DNA of 52,259 nucleotides from a phage: NCBI GenBank assembly GCA_025325205.1, contig GCA_025325205.1_4770.1; one strand, 5' to 3'. Shown piece by piece: positions 43,909 to 52,259 of this stretch (position 1 is its first letter; each line of letters starts with the position of its first letter). The notes under the pieces were generated by a model. It saw only the letters and a program-made list of their open reading frames with translations, ran no database searches and was not told where the DNA came from. The position numbers and the translations under genes were made by a program.

Positions 43909-46900
43909 TTACCCCAAAGCTATTCTTCTAATAGATCCACGGTTAGCAAAGTCTTGGAGTACCATGTTATAACCTTGTTGAGCGCCATCTCTTGCAGCCT
44001 GCTCAACTGCACTTTTCAAAGCTGCATCACCGTTACCTTGGATATTAAAGTTCTGGTTAATGATAACACCACCACCCGAATTATTGCCAGTATTTGATTG
44101 ACCCTTCATAAAGTTAGTAAAGTCTGCGTTCTGTTGTGGGCTAAGAACTCGTTCACCTTTATTTAGAAGCCATGTACCCTCTTCTGGAACGTTCGCTATA
44201 CCATCGTGAGCCATACCAGTAAGAGCGACACTGGATAATGTCGAGATAATGTTAGCACCAGCGGCCGCAATGGTTGCGTAGTTGGCCATCTTCTGCATAG
44301 GTGTCAGTGCTGTTGGGTCGGCTAATACCTGCGACAGTGCGGTGGTAATACTTAACATCGACTGTGCAATACTGAACGATTTAGACAGTGCGAACATAAC
44401 CCTGTAAGCACCACTCGCGTCATCACCAGCAGCGGCCATAATTGTGGTCATTGACCCAGCCATAGAGCTTAGACTTTCAATGTAAGCCATTGCTGTCTGG
44501 TTCTGAGCGAGCATCTGTTTCTGAGCGTACTTCAACTGAATGTCGTGTCGTATGCGCTCATAGTTCTCCTTGATAGCGGTTAGTTGCTCTTCTTTACCAG
44601 CAGCTAATTCAATCGCTGTTTCATACTGGGATTTAAGTGTTGCAAGTTCAGCAGCTTCTTGATCGGAAGCTTGTCCAGCAGGGTTCAACTCAGATTGCAT
44701 CTGCGCACGTTTTGTATAATAATCCGCCTGCAAATTTAATCTAGCTGTATACGCCTGTTGCTCTGTCAATAAACCAGCTTCAAGCAACTGATTTATTTCT
44801 TGCTGGGCTTCTTTGTATGCACGCACCATTGCAACGCCCGGCTTATACTGCTCCGCCAATTCAGCACGTTTCAGATCATACTTACGCTGGATAGCAAGTA
44901 ATGCGTTTTGTAATTCTTCCTCGGATGCTTTAGCTCGTTCAGCTTTATCGCGAATAGCACGAACTTCAGCTTCTTGCTGTAAGTTAAGACGCTGTAAACC
45001 AGTAGCACCACGCGCTTCCACACGTTCGTACGCCTTATCCCATTGTTCAGCATAACGTGCGGCAGCTTTATTGTCTTTCTTATTCTGACGCTCTTTTTCT
45101 TGCTGTTCATGGATCTTCTTCTGAGCGTCATAGTTCTTTCCAGACAAGTTGATAAATTCAACTAATCCTCGTTGCTCATCTGTCAATACAGCAGTTGCGT
45201 CAGCGTGACCGCTAATATAGTTCTTAATGAACGCTTCGTTTTCTTTATACTTCTTACCAAGAGCCGTCTGAGCATCTTTCAGGATGCTTGCTTGTCGTGC
45301 ATGACCAGACATCTTCAATTGAGCGACATCGAACTCATTATTCTGAGCTTGAATTGCACTGACTAGCTCCTGCGAACGACCGGCGGCAGAACTGATGTTA
45401 ATAGTCAACTGCTCGTTTTCTGCTTTGAGTGCATCAGTATGACCCATTACAGCAGCAGTTAAATTGTTCAGTACAGTCGTTAAGTTAGATTTAACTTGTT
45501 GTGCTTTTTGTTCAAGCGTAGATATTTCACCAATCTTAATAGCAACGTCACCTTCTAACTCCTTACGGTCTTTAGTGAGTCGGTTATACTCGCTTGTTCC
45601 TTCAGTCGCTTCAGCTTGATAGCGCGTTACTGTACTAAGACGGTTCTTTAATTCAGCCAGCTCTCTGTTTTCAGCGGAAATCTGTTCGTCCAACGTGATA
45701 GCGGCACGTTGTAACTGAACACTAAGAGCTCGTTGCTGTTCAAGAGTTGTTTCTTTTAGCTTGTTCTTTAAGTCTTCCTGAGAAGATGCAAGGTTCTGTG
45801 CATCTTGAACAGCTTGTTTACTGTTTTGACTCCACATGAACCATGCGGCAGCAGCCAATGTGACCACACCTACAGGTCCACCCATCAGTCCCATTACCGT
45901 TCGCAAGCCGGTCATGGTGACAGTAAGCACACGGGACGCTACAGTCGCGGCAGCCATACGCGCCTGCATGGTAGTCTGGGCAATAGCAACCGCTTCCGTA
46001 GCTTCGCGTACCTGCCGCGTATTCTGCATGTATGCGTTGAGTGTCGCTATACCTTTATAATACGTTTGGTTGGCTTGCAATGCCGCCTGAATCTTGGTGC
46101 GCTCGGCTGCAACTTGTGCTAACGTTGCTTGTGCTTCGTTATAACGAGCTACTGCGGATCGTGTGATACCATCAATAGTCTTAATGTTTATAGCCGAGCT
46201 ACTTGCCTGTATTGCATTGAGCTTGATGAATGCTGCAATTTGTGCGGCCAGAGCAGTGATCATTCGACCGCCAACAATAGCAGCGACACCGATTGCCGTA
46301 TTAGACAGCAAGGTGAGGTGGTCTGTAGCAGTTTCGATCACAGAACCCATGGAATTGACCACAGTTTGTACTGAGGTTGACGTTCCCGCGAATTTGATTA
46401 AGTTGTTGTTCGCGATCTCCATTCGTTGCGAGAACGTTGGTATCGTACGAGCAAACTCATCGTTAATAGTGGATGCAGCTTTAGAAATGGAGTTAATAAC
46501 AACGTCAGAGGTCAACTGTCCAGTGTTAGCCATCTGGCGAAGACCAGCAGTACCGACACCAAGACCGTCTGCAATCATCTTACCAAGACGAGGAGCCTGT
46601 TCCATTACAGAACGGAATTCGTCCCCACGTAACACACCAGATTGCAGACCCTGCGAGAACTGGATAATAGCAGCAGTGGATTCCGCAGTGGTTGCACCAG
46701 AAACAATCATTGCCTTGTTAATTGTCTCAGTGATCTGAGCGACCTGTTTACCAGTCACACCATACTGGTTCAGCGAACGTTCCATACGAGCATAAAGGGT
46801 TGACGTAGCTTCTAGGCTCGTACGAGTTCTTTGAGCGATACCAAATACGCGCTCTTGGATATCGACCATCTGCTCGTTTGCAGAGTTGGCGTTAGCCAGT

Positions 46901-47169
46901 TTGTTTGTAACATCCAGCCACGCATCCGATAACTTAGCAAGCCCACCGACGTAGGTTGTCAGCGTGGTCACAGTCATTACCGTATAGATTGCACTAATGG
47001 CATGATGGAATGCGTCAGCACTTGTAGCCGCACGTTGAAAACCATTCTCCATACGCGAGCTGACAGTCTCAACTCTTACACCTGCCGCTTGCAAGCGTCG
47101 CAGTGCTGTTTCAGCATTCTGGATACCTTCAGCACGGACTCTAATGACGATGTCAGCTGCATCAGCCAT
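43909..47169 (-). CDS. tail tape measure protein
   Basis: 1086 aa, long Ala/Gln/Glu-rich coiled-coil-like sequence, located after G/GT chaperone genes. Confidence 0.8.
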   Translation of the reverse strand: MADAADIVIRVRAEGIQNAETALRRLQAAGVRVETVSSRMENGFQRAATSADAFHHAISAIYTVMTVTTLTTYVGGLAKLSDAWLDVTNKLANANSANEQMVDIQERVFGIAQRTRTSLEATSTLYARMERSLNQYGVTGKQVAQITETINKAMIVSGATTAESTAAIIQFSQGLQSGVLRGDEFRSVMEQAPRLGKMIADGLGVGTAGLRQMANTGQLTSDVVINSISKAASTINDEFARTIPTFSQRMEIANNNLIKFAGTSTSVQTVVNSMGSVIETATDHLTLLSNTAIGVAAIVGGRMITALAAQIAAFIKLNAIQASSSAINIKTIDGITRSAVARYNEAQATLAQVAAERTKIQAALQANQTYYKGIATLNAYMQNTRQVREATEAVAIAQTTMQARMAAATVASRVLTVTMTGLRTVMGLMGGPVGVVTLAAAAWFMWSQNSKQAVQDAQNLASSQEDLKNKLKETTLEQQRALSVQLQRAAITLDEQISAENRELAELKNRLSTVTRYQAEATEGTSEYNRLTKDRKELEGDVAIKIGEISTLEQKAQQVKSNLTTVLNNLTAAVMGHTDALKAENEQLTINISSAAGRSQELVSAIQAQNNEFDVAQLKMSGHARQASILKDAQTALGKKYKENEAFIKNYISGHADATAVLTDEQRGLVEFINLSGKNYDAQKKIHEQQEKERQNKKDNKAAARYAEQWDKAYERVEARGATGLQRLNLQQEAEVRAIRDKAERAKASEEELQNALLAIQRKYDLKRAELAEQYKPGVAMVRAYKEAQQEINQLLEAGLLTEQQAYTARLNLQADYYTKRAQMQSELNPAGQASDQEAAELATLKSQYETAIELAAGKEEQLTAIKENYERIRHDIQLKYAQKQMLAQNQTAMAYIESLSSMAGSMTTIMAAAGDDASGAYRVMFALSKSFSIAQSMLSITTALSQVLADPTALTPMQKMANYATIAAAGANIISTLSSVALTGMAHDGIANVPEEGTWLLNKGERVLSPQQNADFTNFMKGQSNTGNNSGGGVIINQNFNIQGNGDAALKSAVEQAARDGAQQGYNMVLQDFANRGSIRRIALG

Positions 47170-47558
47170 TATTTACCTCCTTTATTATTTGATTGAGCGT
47201 GTTCTATAAGTTCTTGTTGACGCCTAATATCAAATGCTTGTCGTTCAAGACAAATCTGTCGAATTAGTTCACGCTCTCTGAAATCAAGTTCTACACCTAT
47301 ATAATCTTGCCAGGCGTTAAATTCGCTGTAACTGAATTTATCACCATTATAAAAGTCAAGAAATAGCTTGTAAATGTATCTGAGTTCGTGCGGTACGGAG
47401 CTGGATTCGTACTTTGCTAGTAAGGAGGGAGTCTTACCAGTGACTTTTTTAACGTGCTGGAGATGTTTAATTGTTGGAGTCTTACTGCCCGCTGGGCAAC
47501 TATGCAATTTCCATTCGAGCAGTAAGTGATCAATTAGCTTTTCGCGGGATCTTAGAAA
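47169..47558 (-). CDS. tail assembly chaperone, T-frame portion (expected to be expressed as G-T fusion by -1 frameshift)
   Basis: Frame is open from the slippery site down to stop at 47169; no ATG start of its own (track start is TTG at 47507). Confidence 0.5.
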   Translation of the reverse strand, partial: FLRSREKLIDHLLLEWKLHSCPAGSKTPTIKHLQHVKKVTGKTPSLLAKYESSSVPHELRYIYKLFLDFYNGDKFSYSEFNAWQDYIGVELDFRERELIRQICLERQAFDIRRQQELIEHAQSNNKGGK

Positions 47559-47980
47559 AAAAGGGAATCTTGTGCTGCCAGACGATTAATGTCGTCATAC
47601 GCAAACGGGTTATTATTAAAGAACTCCATGAGGTTGTCTTCGTTACATTCTTCTTCGAAGCTCCACGAAGCAACCAGCTTACAGAACGCTCGCATATTGA
47701 TATCATCGAGCATGTCTTTATCAATCTTTTCAAAAGATCCGTTAGCAACGACAAGCGCACTAATTTGACGTTGTGCTTTTAAATCCGCTTGACGGAATTC
47801 TTCGCTGTGGCGGTTGCGGATTTTCAACCAGTGACCTGTATCACCCTGTCCTGGGAAAACAAGCGGGTAATGTAGCAGCGGAGCGTTTTCTAATTTCTTT
47901 TTCAGGTTAAAGTCACGGAAAGATGCACTAACAGCTTTCTTTGCAACTTCAGTAGATACTTGTTTGTTTTCTGAAGGCAT
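47552..47980 (-). CDS. tail assembly chaperone G
   Basis: 142-aa ORF between major tail protein and tape measure genes; ends ...DSLFF-stop with slippery heptamer at its 3' end. Confidence 0.55.
   Translation of the reverse strand: MPSENKQVSTEVAKKAVSASFRDFNLKKKLENAPLLHYPLVFPGQGDTGHWLKIRNRHSEEFRQADLKAQRQISALVVANGSFEKIDKDMLDDINMRAFCKLVASWSFEEECNEDNLMEFFNNNPFAYDDINRLAAQDSLFF
47555..47561 (-). other. -1 programmed ribosomal frameshift site (slippery heptamer T_TTT_TTC)
   Basis: Minus-strand sequence gat tcc ctT TTT TTC taa; X_XXY_YYZ with zero-frame codons TTT TTC; -1 slip continues into the T frame (cta aga tcc ...) with no stop. Confidence 0.55.
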
Positions 47981-47987
47981 AATCGTT

Positions 47988-48016
47988 CCTTAATAAAACG
48001 GGGTTTACACCCCGTT
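47988..48016 (-). terminator. hairpin terminator/attenuator between major tail protein gene and chaperone G
   Basis: AACGGGG / CCCCGTT stem (47997-48016) followed on minus strand by TTATTA. Confidence 0.45.
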
Positions 48017-48020
48017 CCAA

Positions 48021-49202
48021 TTACTCACCAGGATTAACTGCAACAAGGCAAGGTGTGCTCGGTATAGTACGACCATGTGAATCTGTTACTTCACATACAT
48101 ACTGACCAGCATCTGCTTCCTGTGCGTTAGATTTAGTGTATGTCGCTTGTGTAGCATCTGGAATAACAACACCACCTTTCTTCCACACGTAGGTATAAGG
48201 TTCTGAACCACCTTTGACCACAACTGAAAGTGTTAGCGCCTGTCCTTTAGTGATCGTCTTATTGGCGGTAAGATCCGTCGTGAAAGACATCGGAGGAAGT
48301 TTGGTAATTCGAATGCTGTAACCTTCGTCCTGATCCAACAGACCTGTATAACTCATGTTCAGCATGATATCGCCTTCACCATCGATCGGACGCGGAGCTT
48401 CCGTAATCTTGATACGAGGCATACTGAAGCGATAACCAGCACCAGTAGTTCCATCCAGGATATCGATAGTCAGGTCACTTTCCTGTTCGTTCAGGAACTT
48501 ACTACGCAGTTTGTTATCTTCGTAGTAGGCGGTCAGTGTACCACTGATCTGACGACGTTTAGAGCTTGGCTTAATAGAGAACTTGGAACCAACAACGAAG
48601 CGTGGCTCGATGCCGTTCTCAAGGTTAATAGCCATCTCAGTAATAACATCAACGGACACATCACCCATAGTCAGCTTACCAGAGAAACCATCCATAGGTG
48701 ACGTAGTTGTACGAGTACCTTTACTTAGACCAGACGGCAGGGTAGCAGCCTGTTCCATTGTACGACCAACAATACCGAATTCCACGTTGGTGATAGCTTC
48801 AGCACTTACAGTAATTGCAAGACTGTTAACTTCACAACCACGATAGATGGTATATGGGAAGTCTGGAATATCTGCGTTATAGTCAATAAAGGTAAAAGAC
48901 TGGCGCTCGATGCTTGCGGTCAACACTTCACCCGCAAACGTACCACGTAATGCACCACCCAACAGGTCATCAAATGTCTCATAAGACAGTTCACCCGTTG
49001 CTGTACCTTCTACGTGACGAGCACCAAGACGGAAATCCGCCACTTCTGCGTCATCTCGAATTTCTTCAGATTGCAGAGTAGCGATTTTAATATCAAGACC
49101 CGATTTAGTAGCACGAAAGACCTTCAGAGTTCCGCTAGACGGAGTGACACCGGAGGTCTGTTCTTTGATGTAATAGCTACTATAACGTGAACCTTCAGCC
49201 AT
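48021..49202 (-). CDS. major tail protein with C-terminal Ig-like domain
   Basis: 393 aa, directly upstream of G/GT chaperone; C-terminal about 90 aa has Ig-like pattern (YTYVWKKGG ... AGQYVCEVTD). Confidence 0.6.
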   Translation of the reverse strand: MAEGSRYSSYYIKEQTSGVTPSSGTLKVFRATKSGLDIKIATLQSEEIRDDAEVADFRLGARHVEGTATGELSYETFDDLLGGALRGTFAGEVLTASIERQSFTFIDYNADIPDFPYTIYRGCEVNSLAITVSAEAITNVEFGIVGRTMEQAATLPSGLSKGTRTTTSPMDGFSGKLTMGDVSVDVITEMAINLENGIEPRFVVGSKFSIKPSSKRRQISGTLTAYYEDNKLRSKFLNEQESDLTIDILDGTTGAGYRFSMPRIKITEAPRPIDGEGDIMLNMSYTGLLDQDEGYSIRITKLPPMSFTTDLTANKTITKGQALTLSVVVKGGSEPYTYVWKKGGVVIPDATQATYTKSNAQEADAGQYVCEVTDSHGRTIPSTPCLVAVNPGE

Positions 49203-49204
49203 CG

Positions 49205-49672
49205 TTATATCCTCTGTTTAGGCTCACGTGCGAGCCAGTAGATTGTTACATATTGAGCATCCCAAACACCTTCAACACCACCGCGAGTGAAGTCTGCAAT
49301 TGACGTTTGCCCACCTTGAGAAAACGTCTTTCTTGTCAGTCTTAACATGCAGCCGTCAGGTGCTTGGAGCTGTCTTGGTACACTAAAGATTTTACTCACA
49401 TGCCCAAGAACAGCATTAGATTCTTCAATACCAGTATTCAGCTGTGAATATACACCAATCTGTAAAAACCCACGCATTTCATTATCGCCATAAGGGCCTA
49501 ACGTTACAGGGTCTTCACTGGATGGGGTATTGATGATCTTTAACCACACTTTAAAGCCGCTGGCATCAAATGTCAAGTTCTTCCACGCCATAGCGTGTGA
49601 CATTTCAGCATAGTTATTCACTAAATGTGATTTCAGGGTATCTTCGACCCATTGAAACGGATACGGGATCAT
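49205..49672 (-). CDS. putative tail terminator / tail completion protein (by position)
   Basis: 155-aa ORF immediately upstream of major tail protein gene. Confidence 0.35.
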   Translation of the reverse strand: MIPYPFQWVEDTLKSHLVNNYAEMSHAMAWKNLTFDASGFKVWLKIINTPSSEDPVTLGPYGDNEMRGFLQIGVYSQLNTGIEESNAVLGHVSKIFSVPRQLQAPDGCMLRLTRKTFSQGGQTSIADFTRGGVEGVWDAQYVTIYWLAREPKQRI

Positions 49673-50088
49673 TTATCAAAGCTCCCAAGTTTAAATCCAC
49701 TGAATGCTTGTCCACCTCTTGCGATGTTCTTACGCAACATACCGTTCGGGGCCTGCTTACTGTAACCCTCATATTCAATCTTTTGAGCATAAGGTTTACC
49801 GTTACCAAAATAAATATCCCAATCTTGATGGATTGGGAGATATCTTATTTTAGTAAATAATCTTTGTTTCGTAGCAGCTCCGGACGGATCTTCCGGTAGA
49901 TTGTCCTCAATAAGGTCGGGTGATTTCTGTATCTGCCAACTTCCGCGTAATCCACCGTCCTTAACAGGAGTGTCATCAACAACAGCACTAACGAAGCCAT
50001 AAAGTCTTTGTTTCACCTCACCTGCGGCTTTTTGCATAGCTCTTAATTGAGCACTGGTAAATTGATCACGGAAGCTCTTCTTAGCCAT
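49669..50088 (-). CDS. putative head-tail joining protein (by position)
   Basis: 139-aa ORF with overlapping start/stop. Confidence 0.3.
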   Translation of the reverse strand: MAKKSFRDQFTSAQLRAMQKAAGEVKQRLYGFVSAVVDDTPVKDGGLRGSWQIQKSPDLIEDNLPEDPSGAATKQRLFTKIRYLPIHQDWDIYFGNGKPYAQKIEYEGYSKQAPNGMLRKNIARGGQAFSGFKLGSFDK

Positions 50089-50465
50089 TAGGAACCGACC
50101 TTAACGTAACTAATGATTGTAGTTCCACCCGCACCGATAGGCTCAACTGCATTGACCGTAAACGAGCGACCTTTGTGGTCAATAAATTTAAAACCAATGC
50201 AATCTTCTAAACTAATACCGTCAGGTTCATAAGTGATAAAGACCTTTTCACCTTGAAGGATTATGCTACCGTTTACGTTAGTCTTTGACTGCTCATCATA
50301 GAACAAGCGTAGTGGTATTTCCTGCTCCTTGAAAGTCGGAGCCCAAGGCTTTGATTCACTTCCTTCTTCTTCTTTTATTTTGACAATGAGTGTTCCATCG
50401 AAACCAATCTCTTGGTCATTCAGCATCTCATGTGCCATTGCAATAAACTCTGAAGCAATTGTCAT
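50088..50465 (-). CDS. putative head-tail joining protein (by position)
   Basis: 125-aa ORF. Confidence 0.3.
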   Translation of the reverse strand: MTIASEFIAMAHEMLNDQEIGFDGTLIVKIKEEEGSESKPWAPTFKEQEIPLRLFYDEQSKTNVNGSIILQGEKVFITYEPDGISLEDCIGFKFIDHKGRSFTVNAVEPIGAGGTTIISYVKVGS

Positions 50466-50971
50466 CGCATTACTCCTTGTGATCCAGAGCTTCTCAGGTA
50501 GTCATTTATCAAAGCCCAGAAACGCGGATGTGGTGTTGCGCTTTCTAACACAGCACTCTGACCGACTGCGTATTCAAGTGTCAGTGGACCAAGAACACGC
50601 TTTTTCAGTGCGTAGTTGGTACTGTTACTTAATAACGGCTTACCGCTCTGCACCGTATCCGCGACCAGTTGGGCCTGTGCCCGCTTAATCGCTACAGGTA
50701 TGGTATTACCTGGAATCTCTACACCGTCGCTGTATAAGCCGCTGCGCGGGAATTGTAGCTCCTGATCTTGGTTGGTGCGCTTACCCTTATAGCGGTTAAG
50801 GCTCTCCATAAAATCCATCGCATTGATAAGCATAGGTTTCAGCTTATCCTCTGAGGGAACCGTAACTCCACGGTCTTCTAAATACTGCGTAGCATATTCA
50901 ACATCAATATAGCTATTTGCATTAGGTACACAAGACCCATCTTCAACAATGATAGTCACAGCCATATGCAC
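50462..50971 (-). CDS. putative head-tail connector/adaptor protein (by position)
   Basis: 169-aa ORF. Confidence 0.3.
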   Translation of the reverse strand: MHMAVTIIVEDGSCVPNANSYIDVEYATQYLEDRGVTVPSEDKLKPMLINAMDFMESLNRYKGKRTNQDQELQFPRSGLYSDGVEIPGNTIPVAIKRAQAQLVADTVQSGKPLLSNSTNYALKKRVLGPLTLEYAVGQSAVLESATPHPRFWALINDYLRSSGSQGVMR

Positions 50972-50972
50972 C

Positions 50973-51302
50973 TCAAGCGATATCTATTGTAGCATTAAGA
51001 ATTTGACCGTCTGCGCTTATAATTTTAATATCATATCTTGCAGCGGACGATTTGTTGATTGTAAAGGTCTGCAAGTCAAACTGGTTTTGTGAAACTAGTT
51101 CTTTATCTTTAAAGACCTGTACAACGTAAGGCGTCTGGCCATTCTGCCACGTCATAACGTAATCAGTATCTACGACACCTGTCGACTGGGGCGGCGTTAC
51201 CCACCCCAGGACACCGCTTACAGGGTTCAACGTGGCATCTCGACGACGTCTGTTACGTTGCATCATATGAAACAAGAACCTTTTGTCTGTTCGAAATGCC
51301 AT
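50973..51302 (-). CDS. hypothetical structural-module protein
   Basis: 109-aa ORF. Confidence 0.3.
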   Translation of the reverse strand: MAFRTDKRFLFHMMQRNRRRRDATLNPVSGVLGWVTPPQSTGVVDTDYVMTWQNGQTPYVVQVFKDKELVSQNQFDLQTFTINKSSAARYDIKIISADGQILNATIDIA

Positions 51303-51310
51303 ATGTCACC

Positions 51311-51982
51311 TTAACGAGTGCGGATACCGTTACGAACAACCATACGAGGTTGATTGACCACATGTTGTACTTGAGCCATCTGGTCGCGGAAAGATGCTAA
51401 CGTGTGAGCCAGCTCTGTCTTAGGCTTACGGCGTTCAATTTCCGTGTTGACTTTTGCGTACAGTTTAGCACGAGCTTCGACAAGTTCGTGCATTGCAGAT
51501 AACATTTGATTGTCTGCGTTAACTTGTTCCGAAAGAAGTTTTTCATATTCTTTAAGCTCTTCTACAGAAACCGTGTCAAAGTCAATATCTGGAATATCTT
51601 TCAGCATTGCTTTAACCGCATCGCTTACGCCGACTTCTAGAGCTATTCGCGCAGTGACAAGTGATTTACCGTTAGCAGTTTCCTTATCTGCTTTAACCTT
51701 AGATAAGGACTCATATTGTGCATTGTCGGTATCTGCAACAATTTCCGTCTGTTCGGTTTCCTGCAATGAGGAAGTGTCATGCTTTTCTTCATGTTCGACG
51801 TCCTCAATTACAGGATTTGAACGAGTGAACCCAGGCGCAACAGAATTGACATCTTCTCGCGTGACGGACGGGCCAACTGTAAACTTCAATGCTTCAATTT
51901 TAGGCAGGCCATCGGCAGTCCAATGATTATCATTCTCAACGTTGAGTTTACGAAGCCCTTCAATGATCTTGTCTTTCATCAT
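51311..51982 (-). CDS. hypothetical acidic protein in head module
   Basis: 223-aa Glu/Asp-rich ORF directly downstream of the partial capsid-side gene. Confidence 0.35.
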   Translation of the reverse strand: MMKDKIIEGLRKLNVENDNHWTADGLPKIEALKFTVGPSVTREDVNSVAPGFTRSNPVIEDVEHEEKHDTSSLQETEQTEIVADTDNAQYESLSKVKADKETANGKSLVTARIALEVGVSDAVKAMLKDIPDIDFDTVSVEELKEYEKLLSEQVNADNQMLSAMHELVEARAKLYAKVNTEIERRKPKTELAHTLASFRDQMAQVQHVVNQPRMVVRNGIRTR

Positions 51983-51989
51983 TCATTCC

Positions 51990-52027
51990 TCAAAATAAAA
52001 GGTGTTACAAGCGAAGTGTAACACCCT
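51990..52027 (-). terminator. rho-independent terminator downstream of the partial capsid-side gene
   Basis: GGTGTTACA / TGTAACACC stem (52001-52025) with A-run 51992-52000 on plus strand (T-run on minus). Confidence 0.55.
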
Positions 52028-52045
52028 TTAAAACATCTAGCAATT

Positions 52046-52259
52046 TAACGTTTATGCTGCGGGAGCTGCGGACCAGGCTTGCGTTAATGCAGTTCCCGTA
52101 ACTTCTGTCCCATAACTGTCTTCAACGGTACAGTTGACACTAAACGTTTTACTCAGCATACCTTCCGGAGCCGTACCAGAGATTTTTGCTTTGTTGACGT
52201 CCGTATTTTGAAGGGATAACGCATCTCCAGTTCCAGCAGCAATCTGGAACTTATAAATA
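52046..52259 (-). CDS. partial CDS (3' end only; gene continues beyond window), candidate major capsid protein by position
   Basis: Open frame to the window edge, ending ...TALTQAWSAAPAA-stop (stop at 52046-52048); followed by a strong terminator. Confidence 0.3.

Noticed and set aside
44813-46738. Several plus-strand ORFs inside the tape measure gene (44813-45055, 45805-46122, 46163-46738 and others)
   Set aside because: All are antisense to or out of frame with the 1086-aa tape measure ORF and lack translation signals; typical spurious ORFs in long genes
47530-47760. Third-frame minus-strand ORF 47530-47760 over the G/GT junction
   Set aside because: Overlaps chaperone G almost entirely in another frame; the frameshift model explains the region without it
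1-52259. tRNA genes, integrase, repressor or other lysogeny functions
   Set aside because: No cloverleaf-like sequence, tyrosine/serine recombinase or CI-like repressor motifs were recognised; absence cannot be proven without tRNAscan and HMM searches, and the window is only part of the genome

Overview
This window reads as a large contiguous part of a tailed dsDNA phage (siphovirus-type) genome with enterobacterial-style signals (AAGGAG-type ribosome-binding sites, sigma70-like promoters, rho-independent terminators). No search or profile tool was run: all product calls come from motifs read by eye plus gene context, and all coordinates and starts are hand-counted. Layout: (1) 54-3496, minus strand: lysis-like cassette with an overlapped spanin pair, plus two putative peptidases; (2) 3497-7744: two repeat-rich noncoding regions flanking a block of small plus-strand early genes; (3) 7745-24371, plus strand: replication and recombination genes (AEP primase-polymerase, dUTPase, RNase H-like, ATP-dependent ligase, Sak4-like ATPase, SSB-like protein, Cas4-like exonuclease, SF2 helicase); (4) 25361-30581: a FolE/QueD/QueE/Gat-QueC/DpdA module predicting 7-deazaguanine hypermodification of the phage DNA, followed by sliding clamp, an HNH homing endonuclease and a family-B DNA polymerase; (5) 34181-52259, minus strand: tail and head-tail genes (tail fiber, lambda J-like tip protein, tape measure, G/GT chaperone with a -1 frameshift site, Ig-domain major tail protein) ending in a partial capsid-side gene. 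The 7-deazaguanine module is the strongest system-level signal; from memory this gene set is known from phage 9g-like viruses, so it is probably not undescribed, but its embedded unassigned ORF and the other findings below are open. No integrase, repressor, CRISPR array or tRNA gene was recognised.
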